Source of the DNA: Lingula anatina
Lineage: Eukaryota; Animalia; Brachiopoda
DNA: 64,000 nt
Assembly: GCA_051362555.1 (NCBI GenBank)
Contig: CM120646.1
Span: forward strand, 7,378,001 to 7,442,000
Direction of reading: 5' to 3'
Positions 26,638 to 39,823 of the stretch are shown piece after piece. Position 1 is the stretch's first letter; each line of letters begins with the position of its first letter. Under the pieces are notes generated by a model. The model did no database searches, had not been told where the DNA came from, and saw only the letters and a list, made by a program, of their open reading frames with translations. The translations under genes were made by a program, and so were the position numbers.

Positions 26638-27696
26638 ATTGTACAAACAGTGTCCAAACACACTCTCACACACACACACACACTCACACACACACACCTT
26701 TCACTTGTGCTCTCAGCTAACACTCATCCCCTCAGTCATCAAACCAGCTAACCAACCATCACTTTAAATTCATCCCATTTCTGACCCATCCTGGAAATTC
26801 CATCAAAATCCATCCCAAACTGTTTGAGTTAGGCCGGTGACAAACAGACCATCAAACGGAGGTGAAAACATCACCTCCTTGGAGAAAGTATTTTAAAATG
26901 ACATTGTTATTAATTACCGGTTGCAGCCCCAGGTGTCTGCGATGACGGCAGTTGTACCGGAGACGGGAAGCTGGAGGTAACTACCATCCTGAAGATCGTA
27001 GGAGCGGCAGTCGGGGTGATTGTCTTGATCGGTATCATCATATGGTTTATCATACGATACAGAAAACAGGCACGCGAGAGGAGGAATAACTTGGCTTCAC
27101 GGCAACAGAGAGAGCAAGAATTCCTGGCTACGTACCAGGCGGAACACCCAGAAGCACAGGGCACGGGAGGTAAGTTGCATTACTCGTCCAAAATCGGACG
27201 ATTTCGTATCTGTTCGGTTCGCGGAAAAGGTCGAGCGGTTCCGAATGTAGGTTTACAGGAAACGTGATGTCAAGGAAACCTTCATTCCTCCAGGAGATAA
27301 ATAAATTAGTTTAAAATGCATCTATTCAGATCTACTGTGTTTGGTAAAATGTCCGAGCTCTCGGCTTGCTTCCTGGCTACGTATAAAAACAAATATGTTT
27401 CTTTCTGGAGAGATTGATTAACACATGTACATGTAGAGTAATTCTCTTGAATTAATACTTTTCTCTTAAATAATTTATATTGACGGGCTGTAATGCTTTT
27501 TTGGATATTGAAAATATTTCATATAAACGTAACAAAATGCTTAGTGACACACCGCTTACATAGACATCTGTTATTTGTCCAACCACGCTTATTTTGTTAA
27601 TTTTACATTCTAGCACCCGACACAAAAGCAAACAACCTACCTCCCACTTATGCTACAGCGACGGATCCAAACTATGGATATCCGAAACAGGCATAA
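24988..27696 (+). CDS. Type-I membrane protein C, divergent paralog: signal peptide, CUB-like domain, TM, short tail with PPTY (~252 aa)
   Basis: Exons 24988-25057, 25560-25795, 26193-26319, 26927-27169, 27614-27696 (759 nt); phases 1,0,1,1 as in A and B; YYADDC..EAW..CTINF..PCG..IVFYDG..EC..SSGPYLTAE..FRFSV; TM IVGAAVGVIVLIGIIIWFII; probable upstream non-coding exon donor at 23460. Confidence 0.85.
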
Positions 27697-28506
27697 TATA
27701 GGCCTTCCTGTGAAGTTATTTCAGCATGAGGGCGTATTATTATATCCTAAGAATATCAAAATCGGATCAAAACTCTTCATGCGTGCCCGCTTCTGGCATT
27801 GATAACAGTTTTCAATTTTGAGTGGAGTCTCATTGGAAAGAGATTACTTCAGCTACAACAACAGTTTTTAAATGCGTTTTGATAGCAGTAAATGTTTGCT
27901 CGAAATGAGCTGAAAAACTCAGGGCACCGGGAAAACTGCAAATGACACTACATAAGATAGCTTGCCTTTTGCGCTATCAGACTTAGCTTGCTCATAACGG
28001 GAAATTGCTGCTAGATTCCACAACTGTGACCCTTCACTTTTCATCTCATTTTACCCCTTTCCTTATATTTTGAAAGCGAAGTGAGAAAAAAAAAACATGT
28101 TAGCTGCAATTAGAGGCTTTATTAGCCCAGTTTTAATTAATTTTACATTGTAAGACATCCAAAGTTGGCTACATCCTAGTCTTTTGATGCTTGTGAGAAT
28201 TTATTATTTACATTCAATATTGTTTATCGGTACTGATGCGGGTAAAATATAATTGTTCAAGGACAAGGAAGCGAGCAGCTGAACTCCCACAGCGTCGTAG
28301 GTACCCATTTAGGAATCTCTCCTTTCTTCCTTAATATGCGTAAGAATAAAGTATTTTTAACGAATTCAACAAGGCAAAGCGTAGCAATATTTCCGCTTCT
28401 GGACCCTATATATTATTGCTCCTAAAACTGCCCTCATCCTGTTTAGCATTTGCCTGCTTTGCCTGCTATATTTTTATTCCCTCCCCTCCCCTCTTTTAGC
28501 AATATT

Positions 28507-28677
28507 CTAACTCCCTGGGGGTTCACGCTAAATTGCAGTCAGACGAGCGCGCACCGTAGTTAATGGCCCCTTTACAGCTTTTAGTAGGCGGGACAGACGC
28601 TTTAGCCGGCTAAGCTGACAGTAATCTAGTGACTCCCCACAGGGATAGATCGATCTAAAATTTATGGAAATGGGGTC
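28507..28677 (-). mobile_element. Harbinger-like MITE, truncated copy 3
   Basis: Reverse complement of the first ~170 bp of 16717-16941. Confidence 0.8.
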
Positions 28678-28686
28678 TAAGTCTGT

Positions 28687-28823
28687 CGGTGTGACAGGAA
28701 TGGAGGTCCGCTAGGAACCGTAGTCCCATTACTTTGTACAGGTGATATTCATCTTATATAGTAACCCCTAATCAAATGGGACCCCGGATTTCCATTCTTA
28801 GGACTACCATTCCCGCCACACTG
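28687..28823. mobile_element. Small degenerate TIR element
   Basis: CGGTGTGACAGGAATGGAGGTCC vs reverse complement of GGACTACCATTCCCGCCACACTG. Confidence 0.55.
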
Positions 28824-30825
28824 GCAATATGTGACAGCAGCTTTTATTTGGTTTATAAAATTATAGAGTGATCAAGGTACAAGACTATCTGGTTCTTTGT
28901 TCTATTAGACGTAAAATAAATATCGGTTTTGTTGATTTTTCAAGATAGAAAGGGTTAGAAATGGATATCTATCGTCGTTTCTCCACAGAATGTATTAGGA
29001 GGGATCACGTGGAATGTAGAAGCATCTTTTGCTGTGATTATAAAGCATAGTGAATTAATGGGTTATCTATGTAATGAGCACAAAATATTACTATAAGACA
29101 ACACGACTTCATTAGGAAGGTGAATGCAGTTAGTTTTAACTGAAAACTAAATATTAACTCGTTAAGGCCGGTGAACTTAAGTTTGACTTGAGGAAAATAT
29201 TTTCTCAAAGGTATCCAGGCACAAGTCCTACATGAAAATAGCAGGTGAATGTGAAAGAAGGCACAAATGACAGTGGACTTTTTACAGAACATATTTTAGT
29301 TTTTATTGTCTGCTTTCTGTACACCAGTATAGAAGGGATTATAATTTTAACATATTTTAAAGATGTGTTTTTTATTATTTGTTTCAAAGTTTTATATAAT
29401 CGACAGTGCAAAAATATGGTATTTGTTATGCTGTTATTTCTCCATGATTTCCTAGAAGAATGTATGGTCTTAACTCACTCTCCATAATTAATACCCAATC
29501 TGAGTGCAGACCACATTCAGCAACTTCTATAAATAAACATATGTCAAAGTTACTTTAAAGCTTGTATTTCGTTTGCTTTTTGTTATCTTTTGTATATCAA
29601 AATGAATAAAGACTGAAATATTTACAGGAACCAGAAAGTCGAAGTGCATGCTGTTTAACAAGTGTCACCAATTATGTTATCCATACTTTAAATTTCGAAA
29701 ATATAGGAAGAAAACTATTTTGAATTGGCATTTCTACGCTGGGCTGATACAATTATGATTTTTTATTGCTAAGGTCATTAAAAAACGATTTGATTTAATA
29801 TTGAACACTAAATTGAATAGCCTACAGTCCATGCCGTGCCCAAGCTTATCTAAAATAATAATAAGAAAAAGCATAACTTCACATTCAAAAGCCAAGTTGT
29901 AATACAGAGAACTTACAAACTGGTTTCTATCGACACTCACTAACTGCCCAAGAAAAAGATCGAAACCTATTAACAACTTTCGCACCTTTAATTACGTAGA
30001 TAATGAATGGCGATGTCTTATTGATTGGTGCAATAGTGTTTCCTTGGTGTTGGATATATAATAATAGTTTCTTCATAAAGAAAACACTATAAATGATTTT
30101 CTTATTCATATACAATGCATTGGATTTTTTTTAATATGGTTCATTGGAGTTTCACAGAACATAATACAGTAGAGCACATTGTGTATGAAAGAACATTGTT
30201 CATGTACAAAAGAAAATTATAGATTAAAAGGAAATCCAAAGTCACTCTAATTTTGAGTCTGGTGCAGATCTAAACGTTAAAATCGTTCAATGATTACAGT
30301 AAACAGTTTAAAATATGTTCATTTCTAAATAACAAATTTAAAGAATACTTCTTGCTCACAGTAATAAAACGTGCATTTGAGAATAATTTGGAAGCCATTT
30401 TTCTATACCATTCAAACGACATAGTTTGCAAAGTCTTATTTGATTTTGGAGAACCCCTCATATTCTTCAGCCAAATCTGTAGTATGAGAGTTTAAAATGT
30501 GTAATATGTTGCTTATATATTGAGTGTATTGGCTTGGTCAAATAATAGTGAATATCCACATCATCAATTCAGCAATCAAATGCCTTCGACACTATTGGCG
30601 AACGCGCAGTACAACAGAGGTGCTAACTAGGCGTATCCTGTGCCTCCACCTGTTAACACTAGAATAATAGGTTTTCTGAATCTATCTAAATCCAACATAT
30701 TTGTATTAGAAAAGCAGCGGTAGGAAGATTCATTATCATCAAGTGAACCTGGAATGGCGTGCACCGCACCAAAATGCGTGGTGAAGATTGGCATAGAGCT
30801 CAATGAATCTATAATATAATGACAA

Positions 30826-30833
30826 TATATAAG
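30826..30833 (+). promoter_or_regulatory. Candidate TATA box of the GPCR genes
   Basis: TATATAAG conserved 87 nt upstream of the ATG in copies 1, 2 and 4 (30826, 35167, 50035) and at 43771 in the pseudogene. Confidence 0.5.
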
Positions 30834-30912
30834 GCGCGAACGTCGCTATTGCAACATTGGGTATCGATCTTACTGAAAGGACAACGACCAGTGTTCACGA
30901 GGAGGTGATAAC

Positions 30913-32448
30913 ATGGGAAACATGACAAATATTTCGGAATACAGGTACTTCCAAGGCGATGAAAATGGTACCCGGTTCAATCCATGTGAAAGGTTGGCAC
31001 TTTGCATTTCGTTTGTGGTGTTTGAAATCATCATTTCGCTTGTCGCTGTTTTCGCCAACGCCTTAGTCATCATTTCTTACGCCAAGTTCAAATGGCTGCG
31101 ATCTTCAACCAACACGATTTTTGTGAGTATGTCTGTTGCAGATATCCTATCCGGCCTACTTACCCCGTATCATTTTGTGGCAAGTTATTTCATGTACATG
31201 GTACCCCGCCTCCAAAGCCTCTCAACCAATAAGTACTTCTGTATCGGAAAAGTAACGCTATTTGCAGCAATGTGCCTCACATCTTTGCTTCATCTTACGT
31301 TCGTGGCAGTGGAAAGGTATCTCAAAATATGCCGGAATTCTACATACCTGCGTATACTGACAAGGAAAACATTAAACACCTGCTTGATCAGTTGCTGGGT
31401 TTACATTATAGCCTTGTGCTCTTTGCCGATATTTGGACTCAACTCATGGTCACCAGAGAAACAATGCAGAGTCACTGAGGTAATCGAGAGCGCAACGTTT
31501 TACATCTATACACCCCATATTTTGGCGTGTTTACTTTTATCCTGCGGGTGTTACATTGCTATATTTCGCAAGGTGCGCCGACACGATATCCAAGTAAACC
31601 ATCTTTCCTCACCGTCCCCTGCCTTGCCAATTCCCGCACCAGCAGGCGGTGGTGACAACCCATCGTTTCAACCGAGCTCTAGATTGAGAGAATCGGACAC
31701 TTTGAAACGAAAATTTGATACTTCTGGCGGGAGCCTAGAAAGACCCGATTCTATCAATTCCCCGAAGAAGGAAAACAAACTGGAAAAAAGACGCAAGAAT
31801 GACAGGAATCCCACGAAGGAGCCGACACAAACTATTATAACAGACTTATTCCAAACAAGGAATCTCGAAACTTCCGCCGGGGTTATTATAACTGTCACAG
31901 AAGTGCAACCCCTGGGTAATGTTACAAAGGGATCCACTCACAGAATCACCGCTTGGGGAGACGATAACAAGAGAATAGAAACGCCGCGTGTCCTAGTTCA
32001 GAATTGTGAAATGTCTCCAACGGCTGGGGATACAAACACTAAGCCGGTGGAAGATCTGGCTGTGTCCGGTCCATCTACATCTCGTTTTCACTTAGACGCC
32101 AGCACATCGAGTCAATTACAAACAAGGACATCTTCGGAGCCGCTGTCTCATGGCACTTTAAGACACCTACCCAAAAATGGCAGAAAATTGCAAATCAAAG
32201 TGGCAAAAATGGCATTTGTGACATTGATTGCGTGCTTTGTACTGTGGACACCAGTGACAGTTGTCCAAGCGTTGCAGAACAGAGGATTGGATGTCGAGTC
32301 CGAGATATTTATTATACTTCGAAACATTGCAGTGGATCTTGTAGTTGTCAGTTCAGCAATCAACCCGTTTATTTACGCAATGATGGACTATAGATACAAA
32401 AAGGCCTTGTCTCTGTTGTTTCCATATAGAATAAAATGTATTAAGTAA
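30913..32448 (+). CDS. Class A (rhodopsin-like) orphan GPCR copy 1, intronless CDS, 511 aa, long ICL3
   Basis: Seven hydrophobic segments; FANALV (N1.50), SVAD (D2.50), C3.25, AVERY, W4.50, LWTP, NPFIY, helix 8; N-terminal NxS/T sequons. Confidence 0.95.
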   Translation: MGNMTNISEYRYFQGDENGTRFNPCERLALCISFVVFEIIISLVAVFANALVIISYAKFKWLRSSTNTIFVSMSVADILSGLLTPYHFVASYFMYMVPRLQSLSTNKYFCIGKVTLFAAMCLTSLLHLTFVAVERYLKICRNSTYLRILTRKTLNTCLISCWVYIIALCSLPIFGLNSWSPEKQCRVTEVIESATFYIYTPHILACLLLSCGCYIAIFRKVRRHDIQVNHLSSPSPALPIPAPAGGGDNPSFQPSSRLRESDTLKRKFDTSGGSLERPDSINSPKKENKLEKRRKNDRNPTKEPTQTIITDLFQTRNLETSAGVIITVTEVQPLGNVTKGSTHRITAWGDDNKRIETPRVLVQNCEMSPTAGDTNTKPVEDLAVSGPSTSRFHLDASTSSQLQTRTSSEPLSHGTLRHLPKNGRKLQIKVAKMAFVTLIACFVLWTPVTVVQALQNRGLDVESEIFIILRNIAVDLVVVSSAINPFIYAMMDYRYKKALSLLFPYRIKCIK

Positions 32449-35253
32449 GCAATGGTCAGTGTACACAGACTGCCCATTGATTATTCACTGTTTAAATTTA
32501 GTTTTAAACAACAGTTTGTAATCGGTACTATACATATAATAAACTTTTAAATAGAAATATTACCACCTGATCCATGCCTTTAAGAAATTTCTCATAGAGT
32601 TAGCGGATGCTTTTATTCATATGCCAACAATGGAACTGATTTTGAACAAATCCACTTTTAGACGTGAGAAAGTAAACATCTTCATCATTGCCATTGTTGT
32701 ATCATGGTAAAGCCTACAACTTATTGGAAATAAATTTAAATATATATTGAGATTGCCACGATAAGTGTTATCTGGAACAATAAAACAGTATCTAAAATGC
32801 TTCTCAGCTGTGACTTGATAATTTGTAAACAATTACGAATTTCTCGAACATTTAGGACATATTTGATTCTATGACAGTAAGCTTTTAGACGAATATGCTG
32901 TGTGGTTTAATATTTTTGGTGATCGCCATAATTGGCATGAACATCATAAATATTGTGTGAACGCAATCGAAGCCTTGGTTAAAGGACGTCTTGGCAATAT
33001 AAACACTCATATAGTAACGTAAAATTTCCACCAAATTTCACATGTATTTCTCATGAATATGAAGGCATACATAACTCAATTTTGTCGAGAAACAAAGATT
33101 TAGTGCTAGACCTCCAATATCAATTTTTGGGAAAAAAGATGCATTTTTCATTTCGATCTTATATGATATTTTATTTGAGTTCATTAATAACTATAGGTGC
33201 AGCTCTTCTAGAATTGGAAACATAACGGCTTTGTTTTCAGTCTCAGTATCTAAATGAACCAACTGACCCAAACAAGCGCAGCTGAAAGAAGGCCCAAAGT
33301 AAGTTATTATCATATAAGTTCATAGGCCTGTTCAGTTTCTGAAAAACAGCAATTTTGCATAAATAAAATCAAAAAACCTTAACCCCTCCGATCCCGAAAA
33401 TGGGGCTAAGTTTGAAATCCAAGGATACTCTGTTATCTCCACACAATCCTATAACACTTCAAGCTCCATTGCAAGGCCAGTGCAGTTAGTTTTTACGGAA
33501 AGCTACGTTACCGGTAAACTTGGTTTTGACTTCCGAAATAAATGTTATCTCAAAGGTATCAAGGCACTGTTTCTACAAGAAAATGGTTGGTAGATATAAA
33601 AGCGGCCTTTTTACAGAATATATTTTTTGGCTATTGTCGGATTCTTTGTCGGATTCTCTGTACACGAAACAAAAGAGATTATGATTTAACTTATCTTAAA
33701 GATGTGTTTTTTGTTATTTGTTTTAAAGTTTTATATAGTTGTCAGTGCAGTAATATGGTATTTGTTGTGCTGTTATTTCTACATGATTTCCAGGATGAAT
33801 GTTGGGTGTTGACTAACTTTCCATAACTAAAATACTGAGTGCAGACCACATTCAAAAACTTCTATGAAATATGAATAAACATATAGAAAAAATACTTTAA
33901 AACTTGTATTTCGTTTGCTTTTTGTTTTCATTTGTATATCAAAATGAATAAAGACAGAAATATGGGGTGAACCATGCTGTTAAACAAGTGTCACCAATTA
34001 TGTTATCCATATTTTAAAATTCAACAAAATAGGAAGTAAACTATTTTGAAATAGCAATTCTACGGGCTGATACAATTATGATTTTTTATTGCTAAGGTCA
34101 TCAAAAACGATTCGATTTAATAATGAACACTAAATTGAATAGCCTACAGTCCATGCCATGCCCAAGCGTATCTAAAATAATAATAAGAAAAAGCATAACT
34201 TCCATGCCTATCACATTCAAAAGTCATGTTGTAATACAATACAGAGAACTTACAAAATGATTTCTATCGATACTCATCTTACCTGTCCAAGAAAAAGATC
34301 GCTATTAACAACTTTCGCACCTTTAATTACGTAGATAATGAATGGCGATGTCTTATTGATTGGTGCAATAGTGTTTCCTTGGTGTTGGATAAACAATTAT
34401 AGTTTCTTCAAAAGAAAACACTATAAATGAATTTCTTATCCATATACAATGCATAAGATTTTTTTAATATAATTCAGTGGAGTTTAACAGAACATAACAC
34501 AGTAGATCACATTGTATATGAAGGAACACTGTCATGTACAAAAGAAAAATTATAGATTGAAAGGCAATTCAAATTCACTCTAATTTGGAGTCGGGGGCAC
34601 ATCTTAAGGTTAAAATCGTTCAATAATTACAGTTAACAGTTTAAACTATGTTAATTTTTAAATAACTATTTTAAAGTATTCCTTCTTGCTCAGAGTAATA
34701 AAAACGTACATTTGAGAATAGTTTGGAAGTCGTTTTCTATACCATTCAACCGACATAGCATGCAAAGTTCTGTTTATTGGTTTTTGCAGAACCCCTCATA
34801 TTCTTCTGCCAAATCTGTGGTATGAGAGTTTAAAATGTGTAATACATTGCTTATATATTGAGTGTATCGGCTTGGTCAAGTAATGGTGAATATTCACATC
34901 ATCAATAAAGCAACCAAATGCCTTCGACACTATTGGCGAATGCGCAGTACAACAGAGGTGTTAACTAGGCGCATCCTGTGCCTCCACCTGTAAACACTAG
35001 AATAATAGGTCTTCTGAATCGATCCAAGTCCATCATGTTTGTATTAGAACAGCAGCGATAGGAAGATTACTCATTCTCATCAAGTGAACCTGGAATGGCG
35101 TGCACCGCACCAAAATGCGTGGTGAAAATTGGCATAGAGCTCAATGAATCTATCATATAATGACAATATATAAGGCGCGAACGTCGCTAATGCGACATTG
35201 GGTATCGATCTTACTGAAAGGACAACGACCAGTGTTCACGAGGTGGTGATAAC

Positions 35254-36783
35254 ATGGAAAACATGACAAACATTTCGGAATACTTCCAAGGCGATGAAAA
35301 TGGTACCCGGTTCAATCAATGTGAAAGGTTGGCACTTTGCATTTCGTTTATGGTTTTTGAAACCATCATTTCTCTTGTCGCTGTTTTCGCCAACGCCTTA
35401 GTCATCATTTCTTACGCCAAGTTCAAATGGCTAAGATCTCCAACCAACACTATCTTTGTGAGTATGGCTGTTGCAGATATCCTATCCGGCCTACTTACCC
35501 CGTATCATTTTGTGGCGAGTTATTTCATGTACATTTTGCCCCATCACCAAAGCCTCTCGACCAATAAGTACTTCTGTCTAGGAAAGCCGATGCTTTTTGC
35601 AGCGATGTGCCTCACCTCTTTGCTTCATCTTACGTTCGTTGCAGTGGAAAGGTATCTCAAAATATGCCAAAATTCTGCATACCAGCGTTTACTGACAAGG
35701 AAAACGTTAATCACTTGCTTGATCAGTTGCTGGGTTTACATTATTACCTTGTGTTCTTTGCCGATATTTGGACTCAACTCATGGTCTCCAGAGAAACAAT
35801 GCAGATTCACTGAGGTAATCGGGAGCGCAACGTTTTACATCTATGCTCTCCATATTTTTGCGTGCTTTCTTTTGTCCTGTGGATGTTACATTGCTATATT
35901 TCGCAAAGTGCGCCGACACGATATCCAAGTAGGCCATCTTTCCGTGCCATTCCCTGCCTTGCCAAATCCCGCACCAGAAGGCGGTGGTGACAACCCATCG
36001 TTTCAACCGTCTAGTAGATTGAGAGAATCAGAAATTCTGAAACGAAAATTGGATACATCCGGCGGGAGACTACAAGGACCTGAGTCCACCAATTACGCGA
36101 AGAAAGAAAAAGAGCTGGAAATAAGACGCAAGAGAGACGGGAATCCTGTGAAGGAACCGGAACAAGTTATTATAAGTGACTTACATCAAACAAGGAATCT
36201 CGAAACTTCTGCAGGGGTTATTATTAATGTCACAGAAGCGCAACCACTGGGTAATGTTACAAAGGGATCCACTCACAGAATCATCGCTTGGGGAGACGAC
36301 AACAAGAAAATAGAACCGCCACATGTCCTAGTTCAGAATTATGAAATTACTTCAATGGCTGGTGATAAAAACACTAAGCCGGTGGAAGATCTGGCTGTGG
36401 CCGGTCCATCTACATCTCGTAAACACTTAGACGTCAGCACAGCGAGGCACTTACAAACAACGATATCTTCAGAGCCGCTGTCTCATGGGACTTTAAGACA
36501 CCCACCCAAAAGTGGCAGAAAATTACAAATCAAAGTGGCAAAAATGGCATTTGTGACACTGATTGCGTGCTTTGTACTGTGGATGCCAGTGACAGTTGTC
36601 CAAGCGTTGCAGAACAAACGAGTGGATGTCGAGTCCGAGGTATTTATTATAGTTAGAAACATTGCAGTGGATCTTGTAGTTGTCAGTTCAGCAATCAACC
36701 CGTTTATTTACGCAATGATGGACTATAGATACAAAAAGGCCTTGTCTCTGTTGTTTCCATGTAGAATAAAATGTATTAAGTAA
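35254..36783 (+). CDS. Class A orphan GPCR copy 2, 509 aa
   Basis: Intact ORF with the same motifs; flanks duplicated with copy 1. Confidence 0.95.
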   Translation: MENMTNISEYFQGDENGTRFNQCERLALCISFMVFETIISLVAVFANALVIISYAKFKWLRSPTNTIFVSMAVADILSGLLTPYHFVASYFMYILPHHQSLSTNKYFCLGKPMLFAAMCLTSLLHLTFVAVERYLKICQNSAYQRLLTRKTLITCLISCWVYIITLCSLPIFGLNSWSPEKQCRFTEVIGSATFYIYALHIFACFLLSCGCYIAIFRKVRRHDIQVGHLSVPFPALPNPAPEGGGDNPSFQPSSRLRESEILKRKLDTSGGRLQGPESTNYAKKEKELEIRRKRDGNPVKEPEQVIISDLHQTRNLETSAGVIINVTEAQPLGNVTKGSTHRIIAWGDDNKKIEPPHVLVQNYEITSMAGDKNTKPVEDLAVAGPSTSRKHLDVSTARHLQTTISSEPLSHGTLRHPPKSGRKLQIKVAKMAFVTLIACFVLWMPVTVVQALQNKRVDVESEVFIIVRNIAVDLVVVSSAINPFIYAMMDYRYKKALSLLFPCRIKCIK

Positions 36784-39599
36784 GCAATGGTCACTGTACA
36801 CAGACTGCCCATTGATTATTCACTTTTTAAATTTAGTTTTTAAACATCAGTTTGTAATAGGTACCTTACATACAAAAAACATTGAAATAGAAATATTACC
36901 ACCTGATCCATGCCTTTAAGAAATTTCTCTCAGAGTTAGCGGATGCTTTTATTCAAATGCCAACAACGCAACCGATTCTGAACAAATCCACTTTTAGAAG
37001 TGAGGAAATAAACAGCAGCATCATTGCCACCTTGGGCGACTGCACGTTCAGGCCACTCATATTTTTGATAAAGTAGTAGTTGTGTGTATTTCACTAATCA
37101 AGGTAAAAAAATAAAAGTAAGAAAACTGCAACACTAAATGTAAATACGATTTCAAAGACCATAATTCTCTTGAGGGTTATGGATATGATGTATCTCTAAC
37201 AAAAGTTTTCTTATACAAAGAATATGAAAGATATTGTGTGTATAAATATCCGTTTATAGTGAGTAGTAGTTGATATTTTAGATATATGGCTAGGAACAAA
37301 GATAAAAAGTAGACAAGTAAGATTGACACTTGTTCTAGGTTTTGTTACATAGTTGCTAATGTACATTATTTTTTAAAACTTTTGATGTGATGTTTCACCT
37401 GCACCGTATATTTTATCAGTTCTTTCAATTGCTCGTGTGTTTTACCCTGTACTTATACTGTATAGTTCTGATGCGATTCTGCATAACAGTTATAGTCACT
37501 GTTAGCTGAAATCATTTTTGATTTTTTTCTGTTTGTTTACTGTCTGTACATTTATTTGCTAGCATTAACTTTCTAGTGCTATATAAATGTAAACTGTGAA
37601 GAAAATCATGGCATATAACCATTATTTTTGAATATAATAAGAAGAAAAGAAAGAAAAGAAAGCTTGCTATATTTTGATTTGTACAGAAGGACCATATTTA
37701 TATACTGTATAAAACCACCTCACAGGTGTTCAGTTAAGTTAGTATCAGGGCTCAAAGATGGCTGTTACATCCCTGGAGCATTGAGCCTACCAAAATATTT
37801 CTGACAAAAAGAATTGTAAGCAGGTGCGCTGTATCATGGTAAAGCCTACAACTTAATGGAAATGAATTTAAATATATGTTGAGATAAGTGTTATCTGGAA
37901 CAATCAAACACTATCTGAAATGATTGTCAGCTGTGACTTGATAATTTGTAAACAAATACTAATTTCTCAAACTTTTGGTACGTATTTGATTCTGTGACAG
38001 TATGCTTTTAGACGAATATGCTGTGTGGCATATTATTGTTGGCGATCGCCATAACTGGCATGAACATCTTAAATATTGTGTGAATGTAATCGAAGCCTTG
38101 GTTAAAGGACGTCTAGGCAATATAAACACTTATATAGCAACGTAAAATTCCTTGAAATTGCACCAAATTTGTCATGCATTTCTCATGAATATGAAGGAAT
38201 ACCTAACACAAATTTGTCAAGAAAGAAAGATTTAGTGCTAGATCTCCAAGATCAATTTTTGGGGAAAAAATATGCATTTTTCATTCCGATCTTATGTGAT
38301 ATTTTATTCGAGTTCATTAATAACTATGGGTGCAGCTCTTCTAGAATTGGAAACATAGCGGCTTTGTTTTCAGTCTCAGTATCCAAATGAACCGACTGAC
38401 CCCAAACTAGCGCAGCTGAAAAGAGGCCCAGAGTACGTTCTTATCATATATAAGTTCATAAGCCTGTTCATTTTCTGAAAAACAGCTATTTTTCAAACAG
38501 CAAATCAAAAGTCTGATCTCGAAGTTAGTTTTTAAGGTAAGCTACGTTACCGGTAAACCTAGTATTAACTTCCGAAAAAAAACGTTATCTCAAAGGTATC
38601 AAGTCACTGGTTCCACATGAAAATGATAGGTAGATATACAGAGCGGCCTTTTTACAGAATATATATTTGGCTTTTGTCGGATTCTTTCAGTACACGAAAC
38701 AGAAGAGATTATGATTTAACTTATCTTAAAGACGTGTTTTTTATCATTTGTTTCAAAGTTTTATGTAGTTGACAGTGTAGGAATATGGTATTTGTTGTTG
38801 GTATTTGTTGATTTCCAGAAAGAATGTAGGGTGTTGACTAACTTTCCATAACTAAAATACTGAGGTCAGACCACATTCTATGAAATATGAATAAACATAT
38901 AGAAAAGTTAAAAGTTTAAAACTTGTATTTTGTTTGCTTTTTGTTTTCATTTGTATATCAAAATGAATAAAGACTGAAATATTCACAGGAACGAAACAGT
39001 GGGGTGAACCATGCTGTTTAACAAATGTCGCCAATTATGTTATCCTTATTTTAAAATAAAAAAATAGGAAGTAAATTATTTTGAAATAGCATTTCTAAGC
39101 CGGGCTGATACAATTATGATTCTTTATTGCTAAGGTCATTAAAAACATTTGATTTAATTTTGAACGCTAAATTGAATAGCCGACAGTTCATGCCATGCCC
39201 AAGTTTATCCAAAATAACAATAAGAAAAATCATAACTTCCATGCCTACTCGATGCACTCACGTCAACCCACCAGTATATAACCAGAATATCACAGAGTCA
39301 CATGTGCACAGAGACCCTCGTTTTTTGTATTTTTAATTTTGTATCAGAATCCGAACGATACCGCTATACTTCGATTTTACGTTGACGGAGAAGTTTCGTG
39401 TTATCAACTTCTGTAAAATCATTTGGAGATCTCCCCCAACCAATAGTAATATTTTTTGTATATTTAGTGGTTTAATAAATAAACAGTATGATAGATGTGC
39501 ATGGATTTCCTAATCAAAGATTCTCTATTCACACACTGAGAATAAAATTGAAGTCCAAGTGACTCCAAACTTGGAGTCCAGCAGTCGTGCCTAAAATAA

Positions 39600-39823
39600 G
39601 ACTCCGTGCACATGAAAAATCTATTTTCTAAAAATCTATTTTCTATTCGCGGTATCTTGTGATCACTCCGAGCGCAGCCGAGAATTAATTACAGCTTTGG
39701 AAGAAACTGGCTCGCGCTGCCAGTAATTACGCCGCGGGGTATTCAGGGCACAGACCGTGATCACAAGATACCGCGAATAGAAAATAGATTTATAGAAAAT
39801 ATATTTTTCATGTGAACGAAGCC
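39600..39823. mobile_element. Palindromic Harbinger-like MITE
   Basis: Long inverted arms CACATGAAAAATCTATTTTCTA...CGCGGTATCTTGTGATCAC; TAA on both flanks; relative at 45383-45640. Confidence 0.8.

Noticed and set aside
30913-32448. Naming the GPCRs as adenosine, histamine or octopamine receptors, or as opsins
   Set aside because: No Asp3.32 and no Lys7.43; only generic class A motifs are visible, so no gene symbol was assigned
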